64,000 nucleotides of DNA, from assembly GCA_963758295.1 (NCBI GenBank), contig CAVWUU010000004.1, positions 256,001 to 320,000 of the forward strand. The letters run 5' to 3'. The notes beneath the pieces were generated by a model. It searched no databases and was not told the DNA's origin. It saw nothing but the letters and a program-made list of their open reading frames with translations. Source of the DNA: Candidatus Eremiobacteria bacterium. GTDB taxonomy: Bacteria > Vulcanimicrobiota > Vulcanimicrobiia > Vulcanimicrobiales > Vulcanimicrobiaceae. This document shows, piece by piece, positions 29,375-37,973 of this stretch. The first letter of the stretch is position 1, and each line of letters starts with the position of its first letter. A program made the position numbers and the translations under genes.

Positions 29375-30009
29375 ACATCGAATCGAGCCGCCGCAATTAC
29401 GAGCGTGGCGCGTTGCTGGAAGCCGACGTGGCCGCGAATCCTATCTCGCAACTACAGAAATGGCTCGACGAAGCCGGCGCTGTTACGTCATCCGTTGAGA
29501 CGAACGCCATGTGCCTGGCGACGGCGGATGCCTCGGGCGAGCCATCGGCGCGCATGGTGTTGTTGCGCGGACTTGACGATCGCGGACTGGTCTTTTACAC
29601 ATCGTATTTTAGCCGGAAGGGCCGCGAGCTTACCGAGAATCCTCGCGCTGCGGCGACGTTCTACTGGCCCGCGTTGGAACGCCAAGTTCGCATCCAGGGC
29701 GGCGTTACGCAGATCTCCGAGGACGAGTCGGATGCCTACTTTGAATCGCGTCCGCGCGGCCATCGTCTGTCGGCGTGGGCTTCCGAACAAAGCGCGTCCG
29801 TCGAAAACCGCAATGTGCTGGACGAACGAATGCAACATTTCGACGACCGTTTCGAAGGTGAGGACGTGCCGCGTCCGCATTCCTGGGGCGGTTTTTTGAT
29901 CGCGCCGGTACGCGTTGAATTCTGGCAGGGGCGATCAAACCGCATGCACGATCGCATTCTCTACGAGCGGGACGGCCGCGAGTGGCGCATCTCCCGCCTA
30001 CAACCCTAG
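29371..30009 (+). CDS. pdxH: Pyridoxamine 5'-phosphate oxidase
   Basis: PSARMVLL, SRKG, RQVRI, EFWQGRSNRMHDR, RLQP. Confidence 0.96.
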   Translation: MNIESSRRNYERGALLEADVAANPISQLQKWLDEAGAVTSSVETNAMCLATADASGEPSARMVLLRGLDDRGLVFYTSYFSRKGRELTENPRAAATFYWPALERQVRIQGGVTQISEDESDAYFESRPRGHRLSAWASEQSASVENRNVLDERMQHFDDRFEGEDVPRPHSWGGFLIAPVRVEFWQGRSNRMHDRILYERDGREWRISRLQP

Positions 30010-30019
30010 CGCCTCGCCT

Positions 30020-30044
30020 GTTTCGCTTCCCGAAGTGCGGGAAC
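30020..30044 (+). promoter_or_regulatory. Candidate SigB/SigF-type promoter GTTT-N15-GGGAAC
   Basis: Ends 9 nt before ATG 30054, heading the small protein-STAS-anti-sigma run. Confidence 0.5.
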
Positions 30045-30053
30045 GCTTGACCT

Positions 30054-30254
30054 ATGGATAACTTGGAGCGCGACCGCAAAGGCGAAATTTTTCAAAACGA
30101 CCTCACGAACAACGAAGGCGACCATCCGCCTGCGGTCGAGCAAGCTAGCCATCGTGCGAAATTGGATCCGAATGTCGACTCGCAAGAGGCGGACGAAAAG
30201 AATCCCGAGTTTGCCGAAGAGCTGAAGAAGACCGGACATGGAAGCGGGCACTAG
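30054..30254 (+). CDS. Small acidic hydrophilic protein
   Basis: 66-aa ORF filling the gap between pdxH and STAS, overlapping the STAS start; preceded by a promoter-like motif. Confidence 0.6.
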   Translation: MDNLERDRKGEIFQNDLTNNEGDHPPAVEQASHRAKLDPNVDSQEADEKNPEFAEELKKTGHGSGH

Positions 30255-30561
30255 CCGCGCTTCGGACGCCGTCGAGTTGTTGGTCTTGCCCTCGGATGAG
30301 GAGATACGAATCGGCCTACGGGGCGGCTGGGACTTATCGTCCGCCCCGCGCCTCCGGGAAGAACTGGACGGCGTGAACGCCGCTTCGCACGTGGTCTTCG
30401 ATTTTTCAGAGACCACGTATCTGGATTCATCGACCATTCGCGTGCTGGTCGAGTTCAAACGCCGCTCCAGCTCGCAGAAGGGCACTACGGCTATCTACTA
30501 CGGCGATAACGAACGCGCCCGGCGCATCTTTTCCATTAGCGGAGTCGGTACGCTTTTGTAA
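30238..30561 (+). CDS. STAS-domain anti-sigma factor antagonist (RsbV-like)
   Basis: LRGGWDLSSAPRLRE, VVFDFSETTYLDSST (phospho-Ser motif), RRIFSISG. Confidence 0.88.
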   Translation: MEAGTSRASDAVELLVLPSDEEIRIGLRGGWDLSSAPRLREELDGVNAASHVVFDFSETTYLDSSTIRVLVEFKRRSSSQKGTTAIYYGDNERARRIFSISGVGTLL

Positions 30562-30562
30562 G

Positions 30563-30937
30563 GTGTGGAGCTTTCATGCCGATCGCGCGGAAGCAGCGCT
30601 CGGAAGACGCGGAGACTTTTTAGCGGCTCTTGAAAAAGAATCGGGGCGCACGCTGTTCGACCGTTTCGTCGCCGAACTCATTTTCACCGAACTGGTCGGA
30701 AATGTGGTGCAGCACGCAAGCGGGCCGATCGACGTGCAGCTTTCTTGCAACGACGGTGAAGCAACGCTAGCCGTGTACGATCGCGGCAAGGGCTTTGTGC
30801 TGCATCCGCGACTGCCTCATCATGCGCTCGACGATTCCGGGCGCGGGCTGTATCTCGTTTCGCGATTCAGCAAAAAGCTGCAGGTTAAAACGCTGCCGGC
30901 GCACGGCAACGTCGTGAGCGCCGTATTTCCGCTGTAG
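30563..30937 (+). CDS. Anti-sigma factor / Ser kinase (RsbW-like HATPase_c)
   Basis: ELVGNVVQHA, VYDRGKGF, SGRGLYLV. Confidence 0.88.
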   Translation: MWSFHADRAEAALGRRGDFLAALEKESGRTLFDRFVAELIFTELVGNVVQHASGPIDVQLSCNDGEATLAVYDRGKGFVLHPRLPHHALDDSGRGLYLVSRFSKKLQVKTLPAHGNVVSAVFPL

Positions 30938-30940
30938 TAC

Positions 30941-32233
30941 TTAACGTATGGAGAGCGTCATGATGGCGATGTCGTCGGAATGAACGTCAGGCAAAACGGC
31001 ATCGCGCAAGAATTTGGCTTGATTGTCGACGCGCGCGCCGTCGTTCGAACGCATCGCAACATAAAGCGTTCCGTATCCTTCGTAGAGGTCGCGCGAATAC
31101 TCGATCAAACCGTCGGTAAAGAATGCAACGGTATCTCCCGGACGCAACTGAAGTTCATACGGACGCGCAAAATCGCCGTCGGCCCACAACCCTAAGGGCA
31201 ACGCGGTGTCTTCGACGGCCTGTGCCGTCACCGCTCTGATCCCGCTCGCATTGTAACAAACTGCCGGCGGATGACCGGCCCGAGCCAGCGAGAGCGCGCG
31301 CGTTTTTGGCGAGTAAACGCCGATTATTGCGGTTGCCCACGCGTCCCGCGACTCCAGTTTGACGCACGCGTCTGCGATGCAAAGAAGCTGCGAGACGTCT
31401 TGCGTCGCAATTGCGGCGCCGCGAAGACTTTGTCGAATCTTGCTCATTAGAACCGCCGCCTCGATGCCGTGGCCGAGGACGTCGCCAATCGACATCAAGA
31501 CGCGGCCGTCCTCCAAGACGAAGGCATCATACCAGTCTCCGCCGAGCAAAGCGCCGCCGGTTGCGGATTCGTATAGCGCGTGGATAACAAAATCATCGCC
31601 CGACGGAAGCGTTTTGGGAAGATGCGCTTGCTGGAAGAGCTGGGCGATTTCGCGCTGGCCGGCATAGAGACGCGCATTGAGCAATGCCTGACCGGCACCA
31701 TTTGCGAATTGCCGAGCGATTTGGAAGTCCTTCGGATCGTAGCCCGGGCTGCGAGCTTCACATTGGATGAAGACCATTGCGCCCATCACGCCCTCCGTGC
31801 TTGCGGCCGGAACGACCATCGCCGCGGTTGCTCGCAGCGAACGAAGCGCTTCCAGAAAAACGTCCCTATTCGGTTGAACCGGGACGCGCGCGACAAGCAA
31901 AGCCTTTTCTTCAAGCAGGGCATCGACGATCGGCCGGATGGCATCGACTTCAGCAGTTTCAAAAGCGCCAAGGCCGTCGCGTACGAAGGCAGGCAGGCCG
32001 TCTGCCGCCGCCAACGCTATGCGGCCGTCATCGATGCGGTAAAACAGACACACGTCGGCAAATTCGCCGACCGGAAGCTTTACGGCCCGCCGAAGCACGC
32101 ACGGAATGTCGAGCGATGCGGCGAGCTCGCCTCCTGCCCTTGCTAGCACGCGCATTTCGATCCGCCGGCGACGCCGCAAATCGCGCCGATCGTCCGGATT
32201 ATTTTGACTCAGTCCGTTCAAACCCAGTACCAT
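30941..32233 (-). CDS. GAF plus SpoIIE/PP2C phosphatase (RsbU-like)
   Basis: GGDWYD, IGDVLGHGIEAA, RAGHPP, FTDGLIE, DDIAIM; N-terminal GAF domain. Confidence 0.92.
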   Translation of the reverse strand: MVLGLNGLSQNNPDDRRDLRRRRRIEMRVLARAGGELAASLDIPCVLRRAVKLPVGEFADVCLFYRIDDGRIALAAADGLPAFVRDGLGAFETAEVDAIRPIVDALLEEKALLVARVPVQPNRDVFLEALRSLRATAAMVVPAASTEGVMGAMVFIQCEARSPGYDPKDFQIARQFANGAGQALLNARLYAGQREIAQLFQQAHLPKTLPSGDDFVIHALYESATGGALLGGDWYDAFVLEDGRVLMSIGDVLGHGIEAAVLMSKIRQSLRGAAIATQDVSQLLCIADACVKLESRDAWATAIIGVYSPKTRALSLARAGHPPAVCYNASGIRAVTAQAVEDTALPLGLWADGDFARPYELQLRPGDTVAFFTDGLIEYSRDLYEGYGTLYVAMRSNDGARVDNQAKFLRDAVLPDVHSDDIAIMTLSIR

Positions 32234-32313
32234 TAAGCAAGGACGGTCCTACCCGATCGACAGCTGTATATTGCTATTATGAACAAATTAACCCGCAAAG
32301 GAATGTTCCCATC

Positions 32314-32559
32314 GTGACAAATGGCCGAAACGGACGGGTGCTTCCCGCAGATCTAGGCAACGTCGAAAACGCATCGCGATTCACGGTGAACCTAGCCGGC
32401 GACGTCGCCGAACAGTTGCGCGCGCTTGCGCAGGATCAGCGGTTAAGCGAAAGCTCCATCGTTGAGGTCGCTCTGAGACAGTTATTTACGCGTGTCCGCC
32501 CTCAGGTGCTCGGTGCCTTCTTGCGGGAGCACGGCGCATGTCTACGCAGGCGGGGCTAA
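32314..32559 (+). CDS. Small ribbon-helix-helix (CopG-like) protein
   Basis: RFTVNLAGDVAEQLRALAQDQRLSESSIVEVALRQL fits the RHH pattern; GTG start after AAGGA. Confidence 0.6.
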   Translation: MTNGRNGRVLPADLGNVENASRFTVNLAGDVAEQLRALAQDQRLSESSIVEVALRQLFTRVRPQVLGAFLREHGACLRRRG

Positions 32560-34421
32560 TACCTTACTCGCAATCGCTGCTTGCGACGACCGCCGAATTA
32601 CTTGCCGCCGTCGAAGAGTGCTCCGCCGGTGTCGTCGGCGCGAACGCAATCATGGAAACGTTCATACGCGCACCGGATGGATTGATTCCGGCGGCCATAG
32701 AATTTCGCAAGCGGACGAGCGAACCGTTTTTGCCGGTATCCCACATTGGCGGTGAACTTCGCGACTTGCGATATTGGCTTCGGTGGCCGCTCGGGCGCAT
32801 TTTGGTCAGGCGGCGCGCCGCGCGGATCCGCCATCCATTGACAGGTGAGCTAGCGCTAGCCTTTCCTTTGATCGATGGCGATGAAGCAACGATCGTCGTG
32901 GCCGTTTTGGCGGATCGGACGTTCACTGCCGACGAACTGGCATTTATCTCGGCCGTAGAACATATCCGCACGTCGTTTCGAGCGGCTCCGCGTTTCGATG
33001 GAACCGCGGAACCCATGGAACCGGCAATTGTTTCGCTTGGTCCGCTCGCCTCAACCTTGCGCGGCGTACGCAACGTACGTTGCAGGAACGAGGATGGCGC
33101 ATCACATCGCTTACCCGCATAAGCGCGCTCTGGGAAGCCGTTGGAAGGCGTCCTCCGGATCTGGCTTTGATAGCTGGGAACCTTGCGGAGGTTCACCACA
33201 TACTTCGCGCGGTTCGTTTGAACCCCAACGCGCTCGATCTTCCAATCGTCGTTCTCTGCGAGTCGGGCGAACCTACTTCGGAGCTTCGCATTCTTGCAGA
33301 CGCCGTTTTAACTTCCGGCATGACCGACCGTGAACTCTTCAAGGCAATCAAGACGGTGTTGCACATGTCGGCCGACTATCGAGAGCAGCACCTGCGCTCG
33401 CGCGTTGCTCAATTGGAAGTTCTGTTCGAAAGGGCCGCATCTTCGGCGGAGTTAGCGGCGTTGGCGGCCGACGAACTTTCTTCGTGTCTTGACGGCTGGA
33501 GCGCGGTGCACTTGATCGACGGACAGGGCCGCATCGCTTCCGCCGAGTGTGGCGCCAATCGCAGGATCTTCACTCACGTTCCCGAGGTCTTGTTGCAAGA
33601 CCGTCCCGTCTTTACAAACGCACCTGCAAATACGTTCGTCCGAACGCTCACGATGCATGAAGAAGTAGCAGACGCATTTCTTTCCCTTACGCCGCTTTCC
33701 ATGGGATCGATTCCGCTCATCTATGGAGGCGAACACGTTGGAACGGTTGTCGCAGCTACCTTGAGGCATTCGGCCGATCCGGCGGAATGGCGGTTCGTCA
33801 CTGCGGCATGCGAATTGTTGGCGAAGAAGTTCGTTCAACAAGACGAACGCACCGTCACGGCGCGTCCCGAACTGGTGCGAATCGGCCGGTGGAACGCGCT
33901 CGAAGATTCGCCGTTTACGATTGCTTTCTGTAACGGTTTGACCGACGACCTCTGTTGGCGCTTCGTCCGGATTGCAGACGAATCTATGCTCATAAGGCTT
34001 TGCAGGCCGGGCGCCGACGAAAATGCTGTGGAAAGCGAATTCGCGCTGCGCGCGCACACGACGCATTCGCTGGAGCCGGCTCTGCGCGCCGCGTTGGGAA
34101 GTGCTGGATTGGGAATTGCGGCGCTGTACCGCCATGACAGTCGCACGTTGACATACGTGCGACGCGGCATGTCCGAGCCGCTCATCGTTGGACGAGGGGG
34201 TCCATCCGCCGTCGTGCAGTCGCGCGGCGCCGGCGAAAATATCATTTCTACCGCGCGTCTGTTGGATGCAAAGTTGGATCGCATTTGGAGATGACGACGT
34301 GCTAGCACGGATCGCCGGTGCATCACCGTCGTTAGCCCTCGAGGGGGTCCCGAACGAAATCGGGCCGGCTCGATGCCTGCTCTTTAAGACATCGAGCCTT
34401 GATGGCTCAGCAAACCGTTGA
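32538..34421 (+). CDS. Probable single multidomain signalling protein (GAF-like, REC-like, GAF-like, degenerate SpoIIE-like) broken by frameshifts near 33078 and 34270
   Basis: ORFs 32538..33122, 33080..34294 and the tail of 34188..34421 join into a plausible protein; REC-like PPDLALIAG...LPIVVL...ADAVL; SpoIIE-like TLTYVRRGMSEPLIV. Confidence 0.45.
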
Positions 34422-35349
34422 GGCTGGAATGGATTTTGGTGATGTCGCTCTCAAGCTCGAGGCTCTGACTCATCAACCGGTCGGCGGTTCGAATATCGCC
34501 CCGAATACGCGCGCGTCCGGCGATTTTTCGCAGTAGATCTTGACGCTCCTGAAGAGCGCGGATCGCCGTCCACAGCGACTCTTCTAAAGTGGTCGTTTGC
34601 GAAGAGAGCATCGAGTCGGTAGAGTATGCGTGGCCGGTACGGCACCGGAATCGCAGCGTCGCATCCATATCGACTTCCCATAGCGTGCCTCCGCAGTCGG
34701 GGCAGGTGAATACGGACGGCACGCCGCGCCGCCGTTCGTCGGTGAGCAAAGCGGCGCCGTTTGGTTCCCGATCGCCGATCGATTTCACGAATTCGGTGAT
34801 GACCATCCCCAAATCGACCGAGTCGACGACGCGGTCTACGACGCCGGCGGCAATTGCGTTGCGGGGCATCTCCGGAAATTGCGCCTCGTTCGGCTCTTGG
34901 ACGATGGTGGCGCCGCCCGCCGCGCGAATATCCGCGAGACCCGCCACGCCGTCATCCAGCGTGCCGGAAAGGAGCACGCCGGCCACCCTTTCTCGATAGC
35001 GCGTTGCGGCCGTGCGAAAGAGCACGTCAATCGAAGGCCGGCTCGAGTTTTCACGAGCGCCCTGCAGCACGCGCATGACGCCGTCCTCGACGCTCAGGTG
35101 ATAGTTCGGAGGAGCCACGAAGATACGCCCGGGCGCTACGGGCGCTCTATCTATCGCGTGAGTAGCAAATAAGGGGCCACTTCGAGATATGATATGTGGC
35201 AAGGAAGATACGCTGTCCGGCGGCACGTGCACGACGACGAATATCGGCGCCGGCAAATCCGACGGGAGGGAAGCGACGAGCCGCTGCAGCGGCTCGATGG
35301 ATCCCGCCGAACCGCCGATCACTACTGCCGAATGGATTGAACCGTTCAT
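34384..35349 (-). CDS. cheB: Stand-alone CheB-type methylesterase with C-terminal Cys/His motif
   Basis: GGSAG (Ser), VVHVP (His), RPSIDVLF, SGTLDDG (Asp); C-terminal FTCPDCGG...FRCRTGH; no receiver domain. Confidence 0.9.
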   Translation of the reverse strand: MNGSIHSAVVIGGSAGSIEPLQRLVASLPSDLPAPIFVVVHVPPDSVSSLPHIISRSGPLFATHAIDRAPVAPGRIFVAPPNYHLSVEDGVMRVLQGARENSSRPSIDVLFRTAATRYRERVAGVLLSGTLDDGVAGLADIRAAGGATIVQEPNEAQFPEMPRNAIAAGVVDRVVDSVDLGMVITEFVKSIGDREPNGAALLTDERRRGVPSVFTCPDCGGTLWEVDMDATLRFRCRTGHAYSTDSMLSSQTTTLEESLWTAIRALQERQDLLRKIAGRARIRGDIRTADRLMSQSLELESDITKIHSSLNGLLSHQGSMS

Positions 35350-35388
35350 TCCATGAGTTCTTTCCCGTTTAACGAAAGGAGGCGCGCA

Positions 35389-37917
35389 ATGACTCAGCAA
35401 GCGGAACAGGCGCCTCGCCTTATAGTCGTTGGAGTTCCGGCGGGAGCGATGGAAGCTCTCGAGCGCCTCGTCTCCCATCTTACGCCCGCTTTTCCGGTCC
35501 CGATAGTGGTAATCGCTCCCAATGCCGATGGACAATGGCTCAACGAGCGCAATGCTTTTGCGTCAAAAAACTCAGCCGGGTTTCATACGATCGATCGAAG
35601 TGTCGATTTGAAGGCAGGAAACGTTTACGCGGCCTTGGATGGACGAGATCTCACCATTGACGCCGGAACCGTCATCCCGGGACCTCAATCGAACGGCGCG
35701 CCGATCGACAAGCTTTTTACGTCCGCGGCCGAGCAGTACGGAGAAGAATTGATTGCGGTCCTTTTCTCCGGAAACAACGGGGCCGATGGACCGAGCGGCG
35801 TGCGCGCGGTCAAAGAACGCGGCGGCACGGTGGTCATGGAAGAGGCCGACCGCACAGCCTATCCGGTTACGACGGCACCGCCGATTCCGTACAATCACAT
35901 CGACTACGCTTCGGACGTGGACGCGCTCGCCGACTTATTGCTGTCGCTCGCGACCGACCGGTCGGCGTCCGCCGATGTGAACGATCCGGAAGTGCTCCGC
36001 GCATTTCTTTCGCAGCTTCGTGGACGCAGTGGAATAGATTTTCGCCAGTACAAAACGCCGACGATCGTTCGCCGCCTCTCGCGACTAATGAACGCCTCAC
36101 GCTGCAAAACCCTCGCTGAATATCTGCGCTATCTCAATGGCAACTCCGACGCGTATCAGCGGCTCGTCAGCGCGTTTCTGATCAAAGTGACGGGGTTTTT
36201 TCGCGATCCCGCGCTTTACAGCCATCTGCGCGAAGAGGTTCTTCCCGCAATCATCACTCGCGCAAAGCAGAGCCGTGAAGAGCTGCGTTTTTGGTCGGCC
36301 GGGTGCGCAACGGGTGAAGAGGCGTATTCCATCGCGATGCTCCTTGCCGAACTCTTGGGCGACGAGGTTGACGATCTTCCGATTCGAATTTTTGCGACGG
36401 ATCTCGATGCCGACGCCATCGCATTTGCGCGAAGGGGAATCTACCCGTCGAGCGCCCTTTCGGCTCTCTCGCCCGAATTGATCGCCAAGTATTTTACGCG
36501 GGTCGGAGACGCATATCAGGTCCGCAAACGAATTCGAAATCTTACCGTTTTCGGCGAGTACGATCTTGGACAGCGCGCACCGTTCCCGCGAATCGACATG
36601 GTCTTGTGCCGGAACGTGCTGATCTATTTCACGCGAGAGCTGCAGCAACGCACGCTCCAGCTCTTCGCTTTCTCACTACGCGAGGGTGGCTATCTCGTGC
36701 TGGGTAAGGCCGAAACGGCCAATCCGTTGCCGCAATACTTCACGCCGCTCGATCAGAGTTTGAAGGTATTCCGCAGGCAAGGCGAACGGCTTTTGATCCC
36801 GGCGCCGGCTTTTGCGGAAAATGCGGCGCTTCGCGAGCGGCCTTCCGTCCGTCGTAATGCGCTAAGAAGCGCTTCCCTTCCCCGTCGTATGGTGCCGGAC
36901 GCGCCTCCGCGCTGGTCATTGACGGAAAGGCTTGGTTCGTTCTTGTTCGATTCACCAATCGGCGTTGTCGTTGTCGATCGAAACTACGACATTCTCACGA
37001 TCAATCAGTCGGCGCGGTCGTTGCTCGCCATTCACGGGCAAGGAATCGGTGACGACCTGATCCACCTCACCGCGGCACCGCAACTGAAATCTTGGCTGGA
37101 CTCGGCATTCAGAAGCGAGCTTCCAGCGTCGGACGAAGAACTTGCCTTAGAAGATGCCGCAACTAATGAAACGCGGTATTTGCAGCTGTCGTGCTATCCG
37201 GACAAAACCGCAAATAAGGACGGAAGGATCGAGGGCGTCATCGTGATTGTGGCGGATGTCACGCATTCGGTGAAACGCCGCCGGCAGCTTCAGGAAGAAA
37301 ACGACGAATTTCGCGCGTCGAACGAACGCGCGTCGCTGCAAAGCGAACAGCTGTTGGCCCGCCAGCGCGCCCTGGTCGATGCCAATAACGAACTTACGTC
37401 GGCAAATAACGACCTGCGAAACGCAAACGAACACCTGCTCATAGCCGCCGAAGAAGCCGAAGCTTCCGCCGAAGAAGTGGAAACGCTCAACGAGGAGATG
37501 CAGGCCACCAGCGAAGAGCTGGAGACCCTCAACGAAGAGCTGCAAGCCACCGTCGAAGAGCTGAACACCACGAACGAGGAACTCGGCGCGCGCGGCACCG
37601 AACTCGAGCGCTTCGGTGTCGATCGCGAGAACCGTGTCGCAGAACTGGAGCAGCTCGTAAAGCTCCATCAAACCGCCCTCGAAGAGCTGCACGCGATCGT
37701 TTGCCTGATGCGTGACGGCAAGATCGCGGCGACGTCGAACCGATATGCGGCGTTGCAAGCGCTCAATCCGTCGGTGCTGGCGGCGCCGGGTGAGCGCTGG
37801 CGCAATCCGCCGCATGCAATCGTATTGAACGTTGGAGACGGCACGTCGCAAGAGTATCGAATCAAAGTGAAACCTGCAGGAGGTTCGATTTCGATCGTTT
37901 CGTTCGATCCCGCGTGA
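35389..37917 (+). CDS. Degenerate CheB-CheR methyltransferase-PAS-coiled-coil fusion
   Basis: GIDFRQYK, WSAGCATGEEAYS, ATDLD, CRNVLIYF; PAS (GVVVVDRNYDILTINQSA); EEL..NEELQ heptads; SD AAGGAGG. Confidence 0.9.
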   Translation: MTQQAEQAPRLIVVGVPAGAMEALERLVSHLTPAFPVPIVVIAPNADGQWLNERNAFASKNSAGFHTIDRSVDLKAGNVYAALDGRDLTIDAGTVIPGPQSNGAPIDKLFTSAAEQYGEELIAVLFSGNNGADGPSGVRAVKERGGTVVMEEADRTAYPVTTAPPIPYNHIDYASDVDALADLLLSLATDRSASADVNDPEVLRAFLSQLRGRSGIDFRQYKTPTIVRRLSRLMNASRCKTLAEYLRYLNGNSDAYQRLVSAFLIKVTGFFRDPALYSHLREEVLPAIITRAKQSREELRFWSAGCATGEEAYSIAMLLAELLGDEVDDLPIRIFATDLDADAIAFARRGIYPSSALSALSPELIAKYFTRVGDAYQVRKRIRNLTVFGEYDLGQRAPFPRIDMVLCRNVLIYFTRELQQRTLQLFAFSLREGGYLVLGKAETANPLPQYFTPLDQSLKVFRRQGERLLIPAPAFAENAALRERPSVRRNALRSASLPRRMVPDAPPRWSLTERLGSFLFDSPIGVVVVDRNYDILTINQSARSLLAIHGQGIGDDLIHLTAAPQLKSWLDSAFRSELPASDEELALEDAATNETRYLQLSCYPDKTANKDGRIEGVIVIVADVTHSVKRRRQLQEENDEFRASNERASLQSEQLLARQRALVDANNELTSANNDLRNANEHLLIAAEEAEASAEEVETLNEEMQATSEELETLNEELQATVEELNTTNEELGARGTELERFGVDRENRVAELEQLVKLHQTALEELHAIVCLMRDGKIAATSNRYAALQALNPSVLAAPGERWRNPPHAIVLNVGDGTSQEYRIKVKPAGGSISIVSFDPA

Positions 37918-37973
37918 TACGACGTTTATCGTCCAGGACTCCGCACGCGTTCGGCTAATGGACCCTCCCCAGC

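Noticed and set aside
32234..35388. Additional SigB-type promoters before the SpoIIE gene (GGGTAG) and cheB (GGGAAA)
   Set aside because: The -10-like words are present on the minus strand but there is no GTT element at the right spacing.
29990..37970. Signalling block as a mobile element
   Set aside because: No integrase, transposase, tRNA target or terminal repeats visible.
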